Below are positions 1 through 10,095 of a DNA stretch of 64,000 nucleotides, one piece after another. The notes under the pieces are model-generated. The model saw only the letters and a program-made list of their open reading frames with translations. It was not told where the DNA came from and made no database searches. A program made the translations under genes and the position numbers. Source of the stretch: an uncultured bacterium (GTDB lineage: Bacteria > Verrucomicrobiota > Verrucomicrobiia > Limisphaerales > UBA8199). Position 1 is the stretch's first letter, and each line of letters begins with the position of its first letter. The stretch is from the NCBI GenBank assembly GCA_963749495.1, contig CAVVMW010000022.1, positions 32,001 through 96,000 of the forward strand, given 5' to 3'.

Positions 1-289
1 GGTGGCCGCTCGGAGCAGTGCCGGACCCGGGTGACCTTCGCGCTTTGCGGTCCCGGCAAAGTCGCCGAGGCTCAGTGAGCGCGGAACATACAAAAGTGCG
101 GGACGGACCCCGTTCTGACCCCGTTCCGGCAGGCTCCGGGAGCGCTGGCCGAATCTGATCCACGTGAAGTTCCCATCCCGTCGGGACCGCCGGGGGCCCG
201 CTTCATCTCGCGCCGCAGTCAATCGGCCAAGATTTCGGATTGACCAAACTGGCACACCACAGCATCATCCCGGAATCGCGGCAGTGGGT

Positions 290-1483
290 ATGAAAGAGCC
301 TGGCCACATCTACATTCTGGTGAATCCCTCGATCGAGGGATTCGTGAAAATCGGCAAGACGACCCGTGAACCAGAACTGCGCGCCAAGGAACTCTCACAA
401 GCCACCGGCGTGGCAACGCCCTTTTACGTGGCCTACAGCATTGCCGTGGCGGATTGCCACAGCGCGGAGGCGTACGTTCACGCGGTTCTGGAGCACAACG
501 GATTCAGGAAGTCGGAGAACCGAGAATTTTTCCAAATGCCGTTGCAGACGGCTATCGAAGCGCTCCTCGCCGCGCAGAATGAACTTGCAGGCGTTACGGA
601 GGCGCGGGAGCCACAAGAGACAACAACGGGCGAACCGGAATGCATTGGTCGATCTGAGGAGGAGGGCGCCGAGCGTGCTGTAGAGCACCCTGGCTGCGCT
701 CTCCTTGAGCAACCGAAGGTAGCCTACTATGGAGTTGGCGACGAGATTCAGGACAAGCAAGAGGCGCTGCGACTTCTGCACCAGGCCAAGGCGCTGGACT
801 TCCCGGCGGCCTTCAGCTCGCTCGCATGGCACTATCGCCAGGAAGCGGAGAAGGCCCTCGTTCTTGAAAGGAACAGGGCGAGGGCGCTCGCAATGCACGA
901 CCGAGCGCTCGGAATTCTGAGGGAGGGGGCACAGATGGGCCACGCCCGCTGCTACGTGTTGATGGCTGACATGTACCTTAACGGCTTGACCAACGACTGC
1001 ATGGAAGCGGACCCGGGAAATGCTGCCAAATGCTGGAAGAAGTACTTTCACAGCGCGACGTTCTTAAACGACGACGATGAGAAGTACGGTGGCTGGGACG
1101 AGTGGGCGCTTGCACCGGAGTGTGAAGGTCGAGGGAGAGGGCTTCACGGCGGGGATTACCTTTGGTTGTGCTTTTTGGACCGCATGCCAGCAGACCAGGA
1201 AATCCTCCAGATTCTTGCTTCGATTCGCGACAAGATTTTCCCGGCCATTAGAAGAGAAATCGAGTGGCTGGAGCAGCAGATCGGAAGTCGGCCGCCCGTC
1301 ATTCACAGCATGGCGTCAAGTAGGGCCCAGGCCGGAGCGCTCGGCGCGCTCCGTCGGGTGATGGGGTTTGATGAAAGGGGACCGACGACCCCACCTAAAG
1401 ATCCCGACGAAGAGTCCCTCGAAAGGCGCCGCCGGTTCCTGGAATACGTGGCGACGGTTCTCTGCGGTGAGGCGACCAAATGA
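290..1483 (+). CDS. T5orf172/GIY-YIG-like nuclease domain protein with C-terminal Sel1-like helical repeats
   Basis: N-terminal GHIYILVN..FVKIGKTTR..RAKELSQATGVATPF..AEAYVH..NREFF motif. ATG at 290 chosen over the upstream GTG. Confidence 0.75.
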   Translation: MKEPGHIYILVNPSIEGFVKIGKTTREPELRAKELSQATGVATPFYVAYSIAVADCHSAEAYVHAVLEHNGFRKSENREFFQMPLQTAIEALLAAQNELAGVTEAREPQETTTGEPECIGRSEEEGAERAVEHPGCALLEQPKVAYYGVGDEIQDKQEALRLLHQAKALDFPAAFSSLAWHYRQEAEKALVLERNRARALAMHDRALGILREGAQMGHARCYVLMADMYLNGLTNDCMEADPGNAAKCWKKYFHSATFLNDDDEKYGGWDEWALAPECEGRGRGLHGGDYLWLCFLDRMPADQEILQILASIRDKIFPAIRREIEWLEQQIGSRPPVIHSMASSRAQAGALGALRRVMGFDERGPTTPPKDPDEESLERRRRFLEYVATVLCGEATK

Positions 1484-1493
1484 AAATCAACAA

Positions 1494-1751
1494 ATGAATA
1501 CACCTGAATACTGGGGTCATTTCGTGAGGGCGAGATTGGAAGACCTTTTGGAAACTGAATTGCCTGCGCCCAAAAAGGCAAGTCTCGAGGCGAGCGTTGC
1601 CCAGTGGGTGCTCGACATCCGCGAAGACGAACTAGCGACGATCATCCAGCAGATCGAGGAAATGGCCGAGAAGGCTCCAGATGGGCCAAACGGCCCATCG
1701 TGCAGAGACATCATTAGGGTGCTCAAGGGCAGGCTTCCCAAAAGACCATAG
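1494..1751 (+). CDS. hypothetical protein (85 aa)
   Basis: ATG 10 nt after the previous stop; plausible helical composition. Confidence 0.5.
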   Translation: MNTPEYWGHFVRARLEDLLETELPAPKKASLEASVAQWVLDIREDELATIIQQIEEMAEKAPDGPNGPSCRDIIRVLKGRLPKRP

Positions 1752-2346
1752 GCTCGGCCTCTGGTCCCCAACTGCGATGATGCCCTTAAGGCAGCGGCGT
1801 GGATCGAGGGGGTCCACGCTGCACGTGGACCCCCGGCCGGAAGACCCGGAACGGGCGAGGCGGCGCGCCTGGCAAGACACGTGAGATGGCCTTCAGGGTG
1901 GATGACTTGGCCAATCACCCGAGCAAGCCCTCATTGCATGCTGGCGCGCAAAAGGCGATTTCATAGGTGCAGCGTTCAACCTTTGACATGCTCGCCGGTG
2001 CTAGTCCTGCCTCGGCAAGGGATGGTTAGGCCGAGTAGTGATAGCAGACCTTGGCCGGGGGAGAACCTGGCTGGGGCAAGCTCTGCCGTAAAGGAGCGGG
2101 CCTGTCTGCGGCGCAGAGCCGCCGGCGGGGACCGGCCAGCCTCTAGCCAACGTGCAGGCCGCAACATTCTGAGAAAACTGCCCCCCGACATTGTTTCCTC
2201 CTCTGAAGCCAGTGAGCGGCGTAAATTCGGAACAGCCGAACCGCGATAGGAGTGGCGAAGGCACCCATGACCGAGGGATAAGCCATCAAATGAACTATGC
2301 CTATCCGGTTGCTTGACAACATCGATTTTTCTGGCATTCTGCCGAA

Positions 2347-2700
2347 ATGAAGCCGATTACCATAAAAAACGAGCATGGAGAGACCATCGAAATCAAATGG
2401 GATTCTGACGGCACTGTCCGAATCCGCCACTCCGACATCGAGCTAAAGCACTGGGGAGAGTTACGGGAATACGCGCCTCGCCTCAAGCAACCCGGCGTTC
2501 ATGCCAAGGTGAAGGAAATTGCGGCCAGACGGGGAGTGGATCTGGACTCTCCCGAGGCAAAGGAACTAGCCGGAAGGATGGGCGGTTATATTCTGGTGGG
2601 CGGAAAGATGTATATGATCAGCAGCCAAGAAGTGACGCTGATCCATGAAGCAGTTAGACAAGCCGGAGGAATAATCCCAAATTGGTCCAACTGCCCTTGA
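2347..2700 (+). CDS. hypothetical protein (117 aa)
   Basis: ATG-started ORF with protein-like composition in a lower-GC patch. Confidence 0.55.
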   Translation: MKPITIKNEHGETIEIKWDSDGTVRIRHSDIELKHWGELREYAPRLKQPGVHAKVKEIAARRGVDLDSPEAKELAGRMGGYILVGGKMYMISSQEVTLIHEAVRQAGGIIPNWSNCP

Positions 2701-3043
2701 ATCGAGCTTTCTCCCAGGCCGCAGTGAGCAGTGGAATCCAAAACTCAAGGTCGCGGCAGATGTTGTCAGGTGTGATGGTCTGGCATTGGCGGGGTTTGTC
2801 GCGCATGGACCAATGGAGTTTCCAAGTCCGGGTAAGCACAGCGGTCCAGAAATCATCGAGGCTCTGATCGGCGCGGCACATTGGCCGCCGAGCCCTGATG
2901 AGGTTGCGCCGCCGCCCAAGAATAGCCGCTTCGTGGGGGTTCATGACTAGCCTGCCGGCGCGGTTTCTTTTGTACCTATAGGGAAGGCCGCCGAGGATTT
3001 GGGCTTTTTGGTTAGGACTGAGTTTTGGAGTTTGTTTTTTCAT
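2654..3043 (-). CDS. hypothetical protein, possible serine-recombinase fragment
   Basis: GGLPYRYKRNRAGRLVMNPHEAAIL resembles the G.PYGY...L...EA motif of large serine recombinases. Confidence 0.35.
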   Translation of the reverse strand: MKKQTPKLSPNQKAQILGGLPYRYKRNRAGRLVMNPHEAAILGRRRNLIRARRPMCRADQSLDDFWTAVLTRTWKLHWSMRDKPRQCQTITPDNICRDLEFWIPLLTAAWEKARFKGSWTNLGLFLRLV

Positions 3044-3187
3044 TTGGAGATCATTGAAATTTAGACAAGGGGCTTCGCCAATATGGCTCGATGCGGAAGA
3101 TGGGGCCTTTGTCGGCGGTGCCTTTCAGGAGTCTCATATTAGGTTTAATGTTGACACTCTTTGCCCCACCATGGTAGAAGAGAGGGC

Positions 3188-3730
3188 ATGAGCCGAATCG
3201 CCCTTCTTTGTCTTGTGCTGCTCGTACTACTCCCCTCCTGCGGCAATCCGGCGAAGCGCCAAGCGGCCAAGGAGTTTAGGGGCGCGCTCGCGGCGATGAA
3301 GGTCGCCTGCCATGGAACGCTCGAGGAATTCAGGGAGAGCGAGGTCAAGCTGGACATTGCCTTCGAGGCAAACAAGGAACTGCTGCCCGTGAACGCCGCA
3401 GAATATGCCATGTTGCACGAGCTCTTGTCATACTGCCGGCTCTGCTGGATGGCGCACATTCTCCGCGGGCCGGGCTACGTAATTTCATTGGACCCGGTCA
3501 TCATCGGGCGGCGGTTGGACAAGAACGCAGCATGGTCGGACGTCCATCGGGATGATTCCCTGATATGGCTGGCGATGGTCTTTATCAACCCCCGGTTGCA
3601 GCGGAAGACGATGGCGGGGGACAGCGAGCGCGCGGGCGACCCCGATTTCACCATCGAGCCGACCCTCGCGCGCGGCCTGGCCCAAGCATCTCAAATCTGC
3701 CAAGGCTTCATGGACAGGCTGGCCCGCTAG
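3188..3730 (+). CDS. putative lipoprotein
   Basis: Signal peptide MSRIALLCLVLLVLLPS-C with a lipobox-like Cys. Confidence 0.6.
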   Translation: MSRIALLCLVLLVLLPSCGNPAKRQAAKEFRGALAAMKVACHGTLEEFRESEVKLDIAFEANKELLPVNAAEYAMLHELLSYCRLCWMAHILRGPGYVISLDPVIIGRRLDKNAAWSDVHRDDSLIWLAMVFINPRLQRKTMAGDSERAGDPDFTIEPTLARGLAQASQICQGFMDRLAR

Positions 3731-4182
3731 CTGGCTCGCCACCGAAACACAAACCGACAATCCCCCAAGAGATCAGCACACGGGGACGCTCCTTGCGTTG
3801 CACCGAATTTCAGCAACAATCTGTTAGATCACGACCGTTGCTTTGATGCTCCTCTTTTGTGTTTTATGTTAGGATTTGCACACAATGAAAACGGAAAAGG
3901 CAAACCCGCCAGCCGAGAGGCGACTGGCCAAAAAAGGGGTCGCCCTAGTATCGTGCCATCGTCCGGAGCTCAAGCGTCATTGGGGTCATGTGTTGTCATT
4001 TGGACAATTGGCACTTGACGGCGGGATTCCGTGGCAGGGGTCAGACCGTAGAAAAGCCTCACGCCTCCACCCCTTGGACCTCGAAAAAAATGCCTCATAG
4101 TCCGCATAGTCCGCATTGTCCTTAGACAACATCCGTCCCCAGCGCAGACACTCCCGGCATGAAACGGCAACTGCGCCAACTC

Positions 4183-4331
4183 AGGCGTTCGGAAGGAATA
4201 AATGTGCCAGGTATGGCGCAGGAATTTCGGCCGCTGGCGAGGCGCATATCCGCCAGGATCTGTAACGAGCAACAAAGCCAGCGGACAAGACGACCAGCCA
4301 GACCTGGCACGTTTATTCGTTCCGAATGCCT
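4183..4331. repeat. REP-like inverted repeat (30-bp arms)
   Basis: 4183-4212 aggcgttcggaaggaataaatgtgccaggt matches the reverse complement of 4302-4331 with 3 mismatches. Confidence 0.75.
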
Positions 4332-4383
4332 CAGGCCCCACACAGGCCGCCTACCGCAGGGGGCCAACCGGTGGTCCAGCCTC

Positions 4384-4455
4384 ATTCCCACCAATTCACG
4401 CGATTCCCACAATTTCGCGCACTTTCCCACAATTTCCCACAATTTCCCACAATTT
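4384..4455. repeat. 10-bp tandem repeat (TTTCCCACAA)n
   Basis: About 5-6 degenerate units read directly. Confidence 0.8.
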
Positions 4456-4734
4456 GTAGAGCCCCCGGGAGAGGACAAACGTCGAGCTCGCGCCTTACCA
4501 AAGCGCACCGGGGTGCAAAGGGTTCGGCAGACCGCTCATCCCGGCCCTCTGCCCTTCCCCGATAGGATCGGGGCAGGCGGGCGGGGAGAGGGAGAGTTCT
4601 CGATCGCGCTTGGAGGAAGCGGGGACGGCTGGAAGCTCTTGAGACTGCCGGCCCCTTCTCCCCTTTGATTGCCCGAGACTGGCGGTTCAGGGGGGAGTAC
4701 TGTATAATGGGGCTTCACATAGCCAAATTCACTT

Positions 4735-6777
4735 ATGACAACACGGCAGGTTATCAGGTATTTCACTCGAGGCCTGGGGGCGCTGGCCCTCGTGGCCGGA
4801 TGCGGCTGGGGTCTTCAGGCACACGCGGCTTCGGCTGCGCCGGCGGTGGTCGGTCTGTGGCGGTTTAACGAGGGAACGGGCAGTGTGGCGGTGGACTCCT
4901 CGGGCCTGGGAAACACTGGGACCCTGAATGGCGAGAACGGGAATGTCCCGGCGCGGGTTGCCGGGCAGGCGGGTTTTGGGGGCGCGCTGCGGTTCACGAA
5001 TGATAACGCCAGCCATGCTTATGTGAGCATACCCGGCGCCGGCCCGCTCATGATTGGCCAAACGGCCACCAACGCGTGGTCCATCACCGCCTGGGTCTTC
5101 GAGGATTCGAACGGGACGGGCGCTTTCGTGGCGACTTACGGGCGTATAATCGTTATCGAGGATGGCGAGGCTTTCCAGCTCGAGTCCGGTGTGTCAGGCG
5201 ACTCGCAGATGTACACCTGGCCCGGGCAAACACCGCCTGGCAGGTTGCGTGGGACCCAGCCTCGACGGTAACGCCACTTTTGGATCAATGGGTGCATTGG
5301 GCGGTGGTTTATGACGGAACCAATCTGACCCTCTATCGCAATGCAAACCAAGGGCCTCAGGGCGGCATGTCCTCGATGCCCGTGACTGCGCCCCTCGGGT
5401 ATCCCGGCTATGCCGGCAACATGGTCATCGGCTCAGAGCTCGGACAACCCGCCAACCGCAACTGGAACGGGATGCTCGATGATGTCGCGGTCTTTAGCGG
5501 GGCGCTCAGCCCGGCGCAAATCGAGACGGTCATGGGCGGGGATTTTTCTGCCTTTATCGGCGGCGCACCGGGCATTTTGAGCCAGCCTCAGAGCCAGAAA
5601 GCCCCGCAAGGCTCCGAGGTTACGTTCAGCGTTGCGGCGGGCGGTCAGACACCGTTCCGGTATCAATGGTGACTTTAACCTCACCAACCGGTTGTCGGGG
5701 GCGAGCAACCCGACGGCGACCAATGCCACCTTGGTTCTGAGTGGCATCGAATTCAACCAGGCGGGAACCTATTCGGTCGTGGTCAGCAACGCGCTGGGGA
5801 GCGTCACCAGTTCGCCGGCCGCGCTCGTCGTGGTGTATCAGGCGACGCTGGTTGGCCTCTGGCGGTTCAACGAAACCGAAGGGACCAATATCCTGGATTC
5901 ATCCGGGCTGGGGAATAACGGGTTCATCGCCGGGGAGAACGGCAACGTGCCGGCGCGGGCGCCCAGCCAGGCCGGTTTTGGCGGGGCGCTTCGTTTCACG
6001 AACGATGGAACGGACCACGCCTTCGCCACCATTCCCAGCGACGGTTCGCTGCTCATCGGGCAGACGCCGAGCAATGCGTGGACCATTACGGCGTGGGCCT
6101 ATGAAGATTCGGGCGGGACGGGCGATTTTGTGGCCAGTTACGGGCGCATCCTGGTCATCGATGACGGAACGGCATTTCAGTTCGAGTCCGGCGCGTCGGG
6201 CGACGGCCAAATCTATACATGGTCGCGGGCGAACACGGCCTGGCAAATCCCCTGGGCCGCAGGTTCCCCGGTCGCCCCGCTCCTGGATCAATGGGAGCAT
6301 TGGGCGGTGGTGTATGACGGAACGAACCTTACGCTCTACCGGAACGGCAACTCGGGCCCGGAGGCCGGCGTGGCCTCTCAGGCGGTGACCTCGCCCCTTG
6401 GCGGATACGTCGGCTACCAGGACGGCATCATTATCGGTTCCGAGTTGGACCAGCCTGCCAACCGGACCTGGAACGGCCTGCTGGACGACGTCGCGGTATT
6501 TAACATCGCCCTTTCCCAGGCCCAGATTCAGACGGTGATGGCCGGAGATTTCAGCGCCTTTGTCCCGAAGCCCATTTTGTCCATCCGCGGTGGCCCGCTG
6601 GAGACGATCCTCAGTTGGCCCGCCACACAGCCCACCTTTCGGCTCCAGTCCAAAACCGGCCTGGCCCAACCCGGCTGGAGTGAGGTCACCACTCAACCCG
6701 TACGGAACGGCGACGTGATGACGGTCACGTTGCCCACGCCTCGCGGGACGCAATTCTTCCGCCTGATTGGGCCATGA
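4735..6777 (+). CDS. secreted protein with two LamG-like jellyroll domains and an Ig-like domain (two apparent frameshifts, ~5221 and ~5670)
   Basis: Signal peptide; duplicated GLWRFNE..DSSGLGN..WVHWAVVYDG..LDDVAVF domains across three frames. The second domain copy shows the bases missing or added in the first. Confidence 0.8.
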
Positions 6778-9365
6778 ACCATTCGCTTGCATTGGCGGCG
6801 CTATCCGCCGCCGCGGCCTTGACCCAGTCCCTGGCCGCCACCAACCTGCCCGCCTATTATGCCCACCCGGCTGAGCTGGACGGCTACGGAGTGATCGCCC
6901 CCTGGCACCATGGGCTCAACGGGCAACTGGATGAGCGCCTGAACATCGCCGTCAACGTCTATAAACGCTATCCGTGGGTGGACCAGCCCAAGGCGGTCAT
7001 GGCGGCCCCGGATTTCATTTACAATTCGCATTGGAGCATCAAACCCGACGGCACGATTTTGATCCCGCCGACGACGGACTGGATGTGCGGCGACTTGTGC
7101 CAGCGCGCCTGGAGCATCGTCAAGGGCCTGACCGCGCACTACCAGTACAGCGGCGATCCGATAGCGTTTGTCTATATCCCTCGGGCGGTGGATTACATCC
7201 TCGATTATGGGCTGACGGATGAGAAGGCCGACTGGCCTTCGTTTCCGATCAGCACGCCGACGCGAGGCAAGGCCTATGGCAAGTGCGATCCGGCCGGGCG
7301 CAATCAGCTCGACCTGTGCGCGATTCTTGGGGTCGAGGTGCTCCGCGCCTACAAGCTCACCGGCAACGCGCGATACCTCGACCGGGCCAAGCATTGGGGG
7401 GACGTGTTTGCCGCCAAATGCCAGTTCGCCCATCCGGACCTCTCGCCCTGGAACCGCTACGTCGATCCGTCCGTAGTGGGCTGGTCTGACGTGCTGACCG
7501 GGACCACCTCGATCATTGTGGATTTCCTGGATGAACTGCTCCGCCTGGGCCACGCCGGGAAAGACGGAGCGATTGTCAAGGCGCGCGATGCCGGACGGCG
7601 GTTTCTCAACGAGCAGATGTTGCCGGCCTGGTGGGTGAACGATACCTGGGGCCGGACTTACTGGGATTGGGACAACCCGATGATGTGCGGGATGGTCTCG
7701 ATGTGCGCCGACCACTTCATGAAGAACCCCGGAGCCTATCCGCAGTGGCAGACCGATTTGCGAAACATGCTCTCGCTGCTCTGGAACCGCAACGGCGCCG
7801 ACCCTGCTTCCTGCGGCGACGTGTATAGCGGCGCCTGGGCCTTTCCGGAATCCTCGGTCTGCTGCCGGACCTCCCTCTCCTACAACCAGTACACGGCCGG
7901 TCCGACCCTGATTCGTTACGGTGTGCTGGCCGGGAGCGATTGGGCGGTCGAGCTCGGCCGGCGCATGATGCTCATGGCCACTTACGACAGCCTGGCCAAC
8001 GGCGTGGTCAAAGATGGCCTGTTCGGCGACCAGGTCGCCACGGGCGAATGGTCAAACCTGGCGCATCCGTGGCCATTGTGCCAGGTCCTTGAGGCCATCG
8101 CCTGGCTGCCGCAATACTTCGCACCCAACCGCGAGAACCACGTGGTCCGCTCCTCGACCGTGGTGCAGGAGATAGCTTATGAGAAGGGCAGCCTCTCCTA
8201 CCGCACCTTCGACGCCCCGGCCGGGACAGAAGAGGTGATGCGCCTGGCCTTCCGTCCGGCCCGGGTGCTGGCGGACGGAGAGACCCTCGAGGAACGTCCC
8301 GCCGACGGTGGCAACGGCTATGCGCTTGCGCCGCTGCCCAACGGGGACTGGCTCGCCACCGTCCGGCATGAGGGCCGCCGCCACGTCCAGGTGATGGGCG
8401 ACGATCCGCAACAGGCCGCCGATGACGCGGCTTTCACCTTCACCGGTTCCTGGGCCGCCGTCCAGGACAGTCGGGTGCCCGGGGGACGGTATCGAGCGGC
8501 GGACGCGGCGGGGGCGCGGCTGAGTTTTGCGTTCACGGGCAACCAGGTGCGTCTGCTGGGAGTGGTGGGTCCCGAGGGTGGCTGGGCGGAGGCCTGCGTG
8601 GACGGGGTCCGGCAGCCGACATTGATCGAGTGCTGGAACCCGCTGACGCGCTACCGCCAGCCGGTCTTTCTCAAGAACGGTCTGGCAAACGGGCCGCATG
8701 AATTGAGCGTGGTCGTGCTCGGCAAGAAGAATCCCCTGGCGAGCGGAACCCGAGTCGGGGTCGAGTCGGCCCAGTATTCGGCGGCGGAGGGGGACGCCGG
8801 CTACGGTTCGGGCGGCGGGCCGCGGCAGGCGCAGCGGCTCATCTTCGGCTGCCTCGGGCGTCAGGACTACATGGACAGCCGCGGCCGGGCCTGGCGGCCG
8901 GGCACCGAATTCATCACGCGGCTGGGTTTTGGCGTCGATACCGTGGAACGTTGTTGGTGGCACCGGCGCCGCAGCATGTACATCGGCGGCACAACCGACG
9001 CGGAGATCTATCGTTACGGCGTCCATGCCCCCGAGTTTTGGGCCAACCTGACCGTCGCGCCCGGCATTTACCGCGTCCGTCTGCACTGGGCCGACACGCC
9101 CGAGACGCCCTGGGTCGAGCGCGAGGGCAAATGGGAGCCGGTGTCGCGTCCGACAACGGTCTTCATCAATGGCCGGATGGTAATCGAAAATCTCCAGGTG
9201 CGGAAGGAGGTGGGAACCTTCCGCGCCTGCACGCGTGAGTTCCGGGACATCCACCCGGAGAACGGCGTCATCGAGTTGCGGTTCCGCTCCACCCCCGGCC
9301 ACGAGGCGATGATCCAGGCCGCCGAAATAGTGCCCGAAAGCGGAGTCGACCAGGCCGAGCGTTGA
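6774..9365 (+). CDS. secreted putative glycoside hydrolase with C-terminal malectin-like domain
   Basis: Signal peptide; Trp-rich N-terminal domain; C-terminal Y.VRLHWAD..VFINGR..IELRF..AMIQAAEI malectin pattern. Confidence 0.65.
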   Translation: MNHSLALAALSAAAALTQSLAATNLPAYYAHPAELDGYGVIAPWHHGLNGQLDERLNIAVNVYKRYPWVDQPKAVMAAPDFIYNSHWSIKPDGTILIPPTTDWMCGDLCQRAWSIVKGLTAHYQYSGDPIAFVYIPRAVDYILDYGLTDEKADWPSFPISTPTRGKAYGKCDPAGRNQLDLCAILGVEVLRAYKLTGNARYLDRAKHWGDVFAAKCQFAHPDLSPWNRYVDPSVVGWSDVLTGTTSIIVDFLDELLRLGHAGKDGAIVKARDAGRRFLNEQMLPAWWVNDTWGRTYWDWDNPMMCGMVSMCADHFMKNPGAYPQWQTDLRNMLSLLWNRNGADPASCGDVYSGAWAFPESSVCCRTSLSYNQYTAGPTLIRYGVLAGSDWAVELGRRMMLMATYDSLANGVVKDGLFGDQVATGEWSNLAHPWPLCQVLEAIAWLPQYFAPNRENHVVRSSTVVQEIAYEKGSLSYRTFDAPAGTEEVMRLAFRPARVLADGETLEERPADGGNGYALAPLPNGDWLATVRHEGRRHVQVMGDDPQQAADDAAFTFTGSWAAVQDSRVPGGRYRAADAAGARLSFAFTGNQVRLLGVVGPEGGWAEACVDGVRQPTLIECWNPLTRYRQPVFLKNGLANGPHELSVVVLGKKNPLASGTRVGVESAQYSAAEGDAGYGSGGGPRQAQRLIFGCLGRQDYMDSRGRAWRPGTEFITRLGFGVDTVERCWWHRRRSMYIGGTTDAEIYRYGVHAPEFWANLTVAPGIYRVRLHWADTPETPWVEREGKWEPVSRPTTVFINGRMVIENLQVRKEVGTFRACTREFRDIHPENGVIELRFRSTPGHEAMIQAAEIVPESGVDQAER

Positions 9366-9770
9366 GGCTCGTGGTCATGCTCGCGCGCAACGGCTGCATC
9401 ACCGGCCAGACCATCAACGTCAACGGGGGTGGTAAATGCGTTAGCGGGCGGCACGGTTCGAAGGTGGGGCTATTCTCAAGTGTCTCTTCGGGTCAGAGGC
9501 TCTGCATGGTTCGGCTCAGTGCTCATCCAGAATCCTCTTCTTTGCTCGTAATAGGGATGACGACCGTGACGCCGATGAAGGCGGCGATAATTCCTCCTGT
9601 CATCCCGGCCAGGCCCATCAGTTTGCTGGGCTTTATCTGCGCGTTCTGTTTCATCCTTCGCTGGGGCTTGTGATTGAACGACCCGTTCCGTGTGTTGAAG
9701 CGTCGCTCTCGCGGCATGGGCAGCCCTCAAACTCCTGCACGGGCGCGGCAAGTCACTGCCCCCGGCTCAC

Positions 9771-9980
9771 CGCGTAGCGGTGCCCGATGGTAGCCGTGGA
9801 CTTCCAGTCCACGGACCCATGGCCCAAGCTCAACCGCGTCGCGTCGCAACGCAACGCGTGACCGTTCCCACGCCCTGAACCGTGGACCGAGGTCCACGGC
9901 TACCTTCACTGCGTCGCTAGGCAACGCGCGATGATTCCCACGACCCGAACCGTGGACCGAGAGGGCCGGGGTGAGGGGTC
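9771..9980. repeat. REP/MITE-like palindromic element plus partial second copy
   Basis: Arms ggtagccgtggac..gtccacgg and ccgtggac..gtccacggctacc; internal direct repeat ~9865-9891/9935-9961. Confidence 0.7.
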
Positions 9981-10095
9981 TGCCCCGCACTCTGTCTTTC
10001 AGCCCGAGGACCGGCGCAGCCCCGGGGGCGGTCTCGGCATGCGCCGTGTCGGGCCCGGGGTTTTTTCCATCGATTATTGTTCGAGGCGGCATACC

